64,000 bases of DNA from Sedimentisphaerales bacterium (GTDB lineage: Bacteria > Planctomycetota > Phycisphaerae > Sedimentisphaerales > SM23-30). Positions 63,702 through 64,000 of this stretch are shown in pieces. Position numbers and translations under genes: made by a program. Under the pieces are notes generated by a model. The model worked only from the letters and a program-made list of their open reading frames with translations. It had not been told where the DNA came from and made no database searches. Each line of letters begins with the position of its first letter. The first letter of the stretch is position 1. The stretch covers positions 22,754-86,753 of the forward strand of contig CAXXMR010000010.1 in NCBI GenBank assembly GCA_963663805.2, written 5' to 3'.

Positions 63702-64000
63702 CTGACGACAAAAATGTAGCCCGAAATCGCCATGCGAATTTTTATCGAACAGGAGTTTCGAGACGGTTTTTTGGTATTATCGATGTAATTTATTGTTGTA
63801 TAGTTGGTTGTGGCGATTTGCTTGACCGATAGTTTCTTTGATCGGATTATAACAGAATTGTCGGTGAAATCTTAAAAAAGCCCACATAAATGTAACACTT
63901 TATGTTTTTGTTACATATTTGTTATTTTTGACGAGAAAGTAACGGTGGGTTTTATTTGACTTAAAGATTTGTTAATAAAAGTCTTATAACTTTTGAAATG

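Overview
This is a bacterial window, most likely Planctomycetota/Phycisphaerae (Sedimentisphaerales-like), inferred from DUF1559 prepilin-type genes, dockerin-like C-termini and a PEP-CTERM gene. The main find is a type VI-B2 CRISPR locus at 11609-15844. It has a ~1066-aa Cas13b with both HEPN motifs, split in this assembly by five +1 frameshifts that look like long-read errors, followed by csx28 and a 6-repeat/5-spacer array. The 36-nt repeat is of the GCTG...ACAGC type known from compact Cas13bt/Cas13X, no cas1/cas2 is present in the window, and an unexplained 20-21-nt hairpin tandem array follows. The window also holds a hom-apgM-lysC-manC-ruvX operon, an S41 protease and an IS110/IS1111 remnant with its 3' non-coding region. 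A GntR/LacI-regulated glycan cluster (GH115, sialidase-like, Kelch-SSS fusion, LamG-like secreted proteins) contains a 662-bp inverted duplication. An IS66 sits inside an IS21, which sits inside an integrase remnant. A ~9.3-kb satellite-like element duplicates the 5' half and promoter of tRNA-Arg(CCT). The right end holds a carbamoyltransferase/GT-C cluster bounded by a 47-bp direct repeat and a NifA-like sigma54 regulon (porin-like gene, two amt, three P-II). The assembly shows clustered single-base indels, so frameshift calls are provisional.
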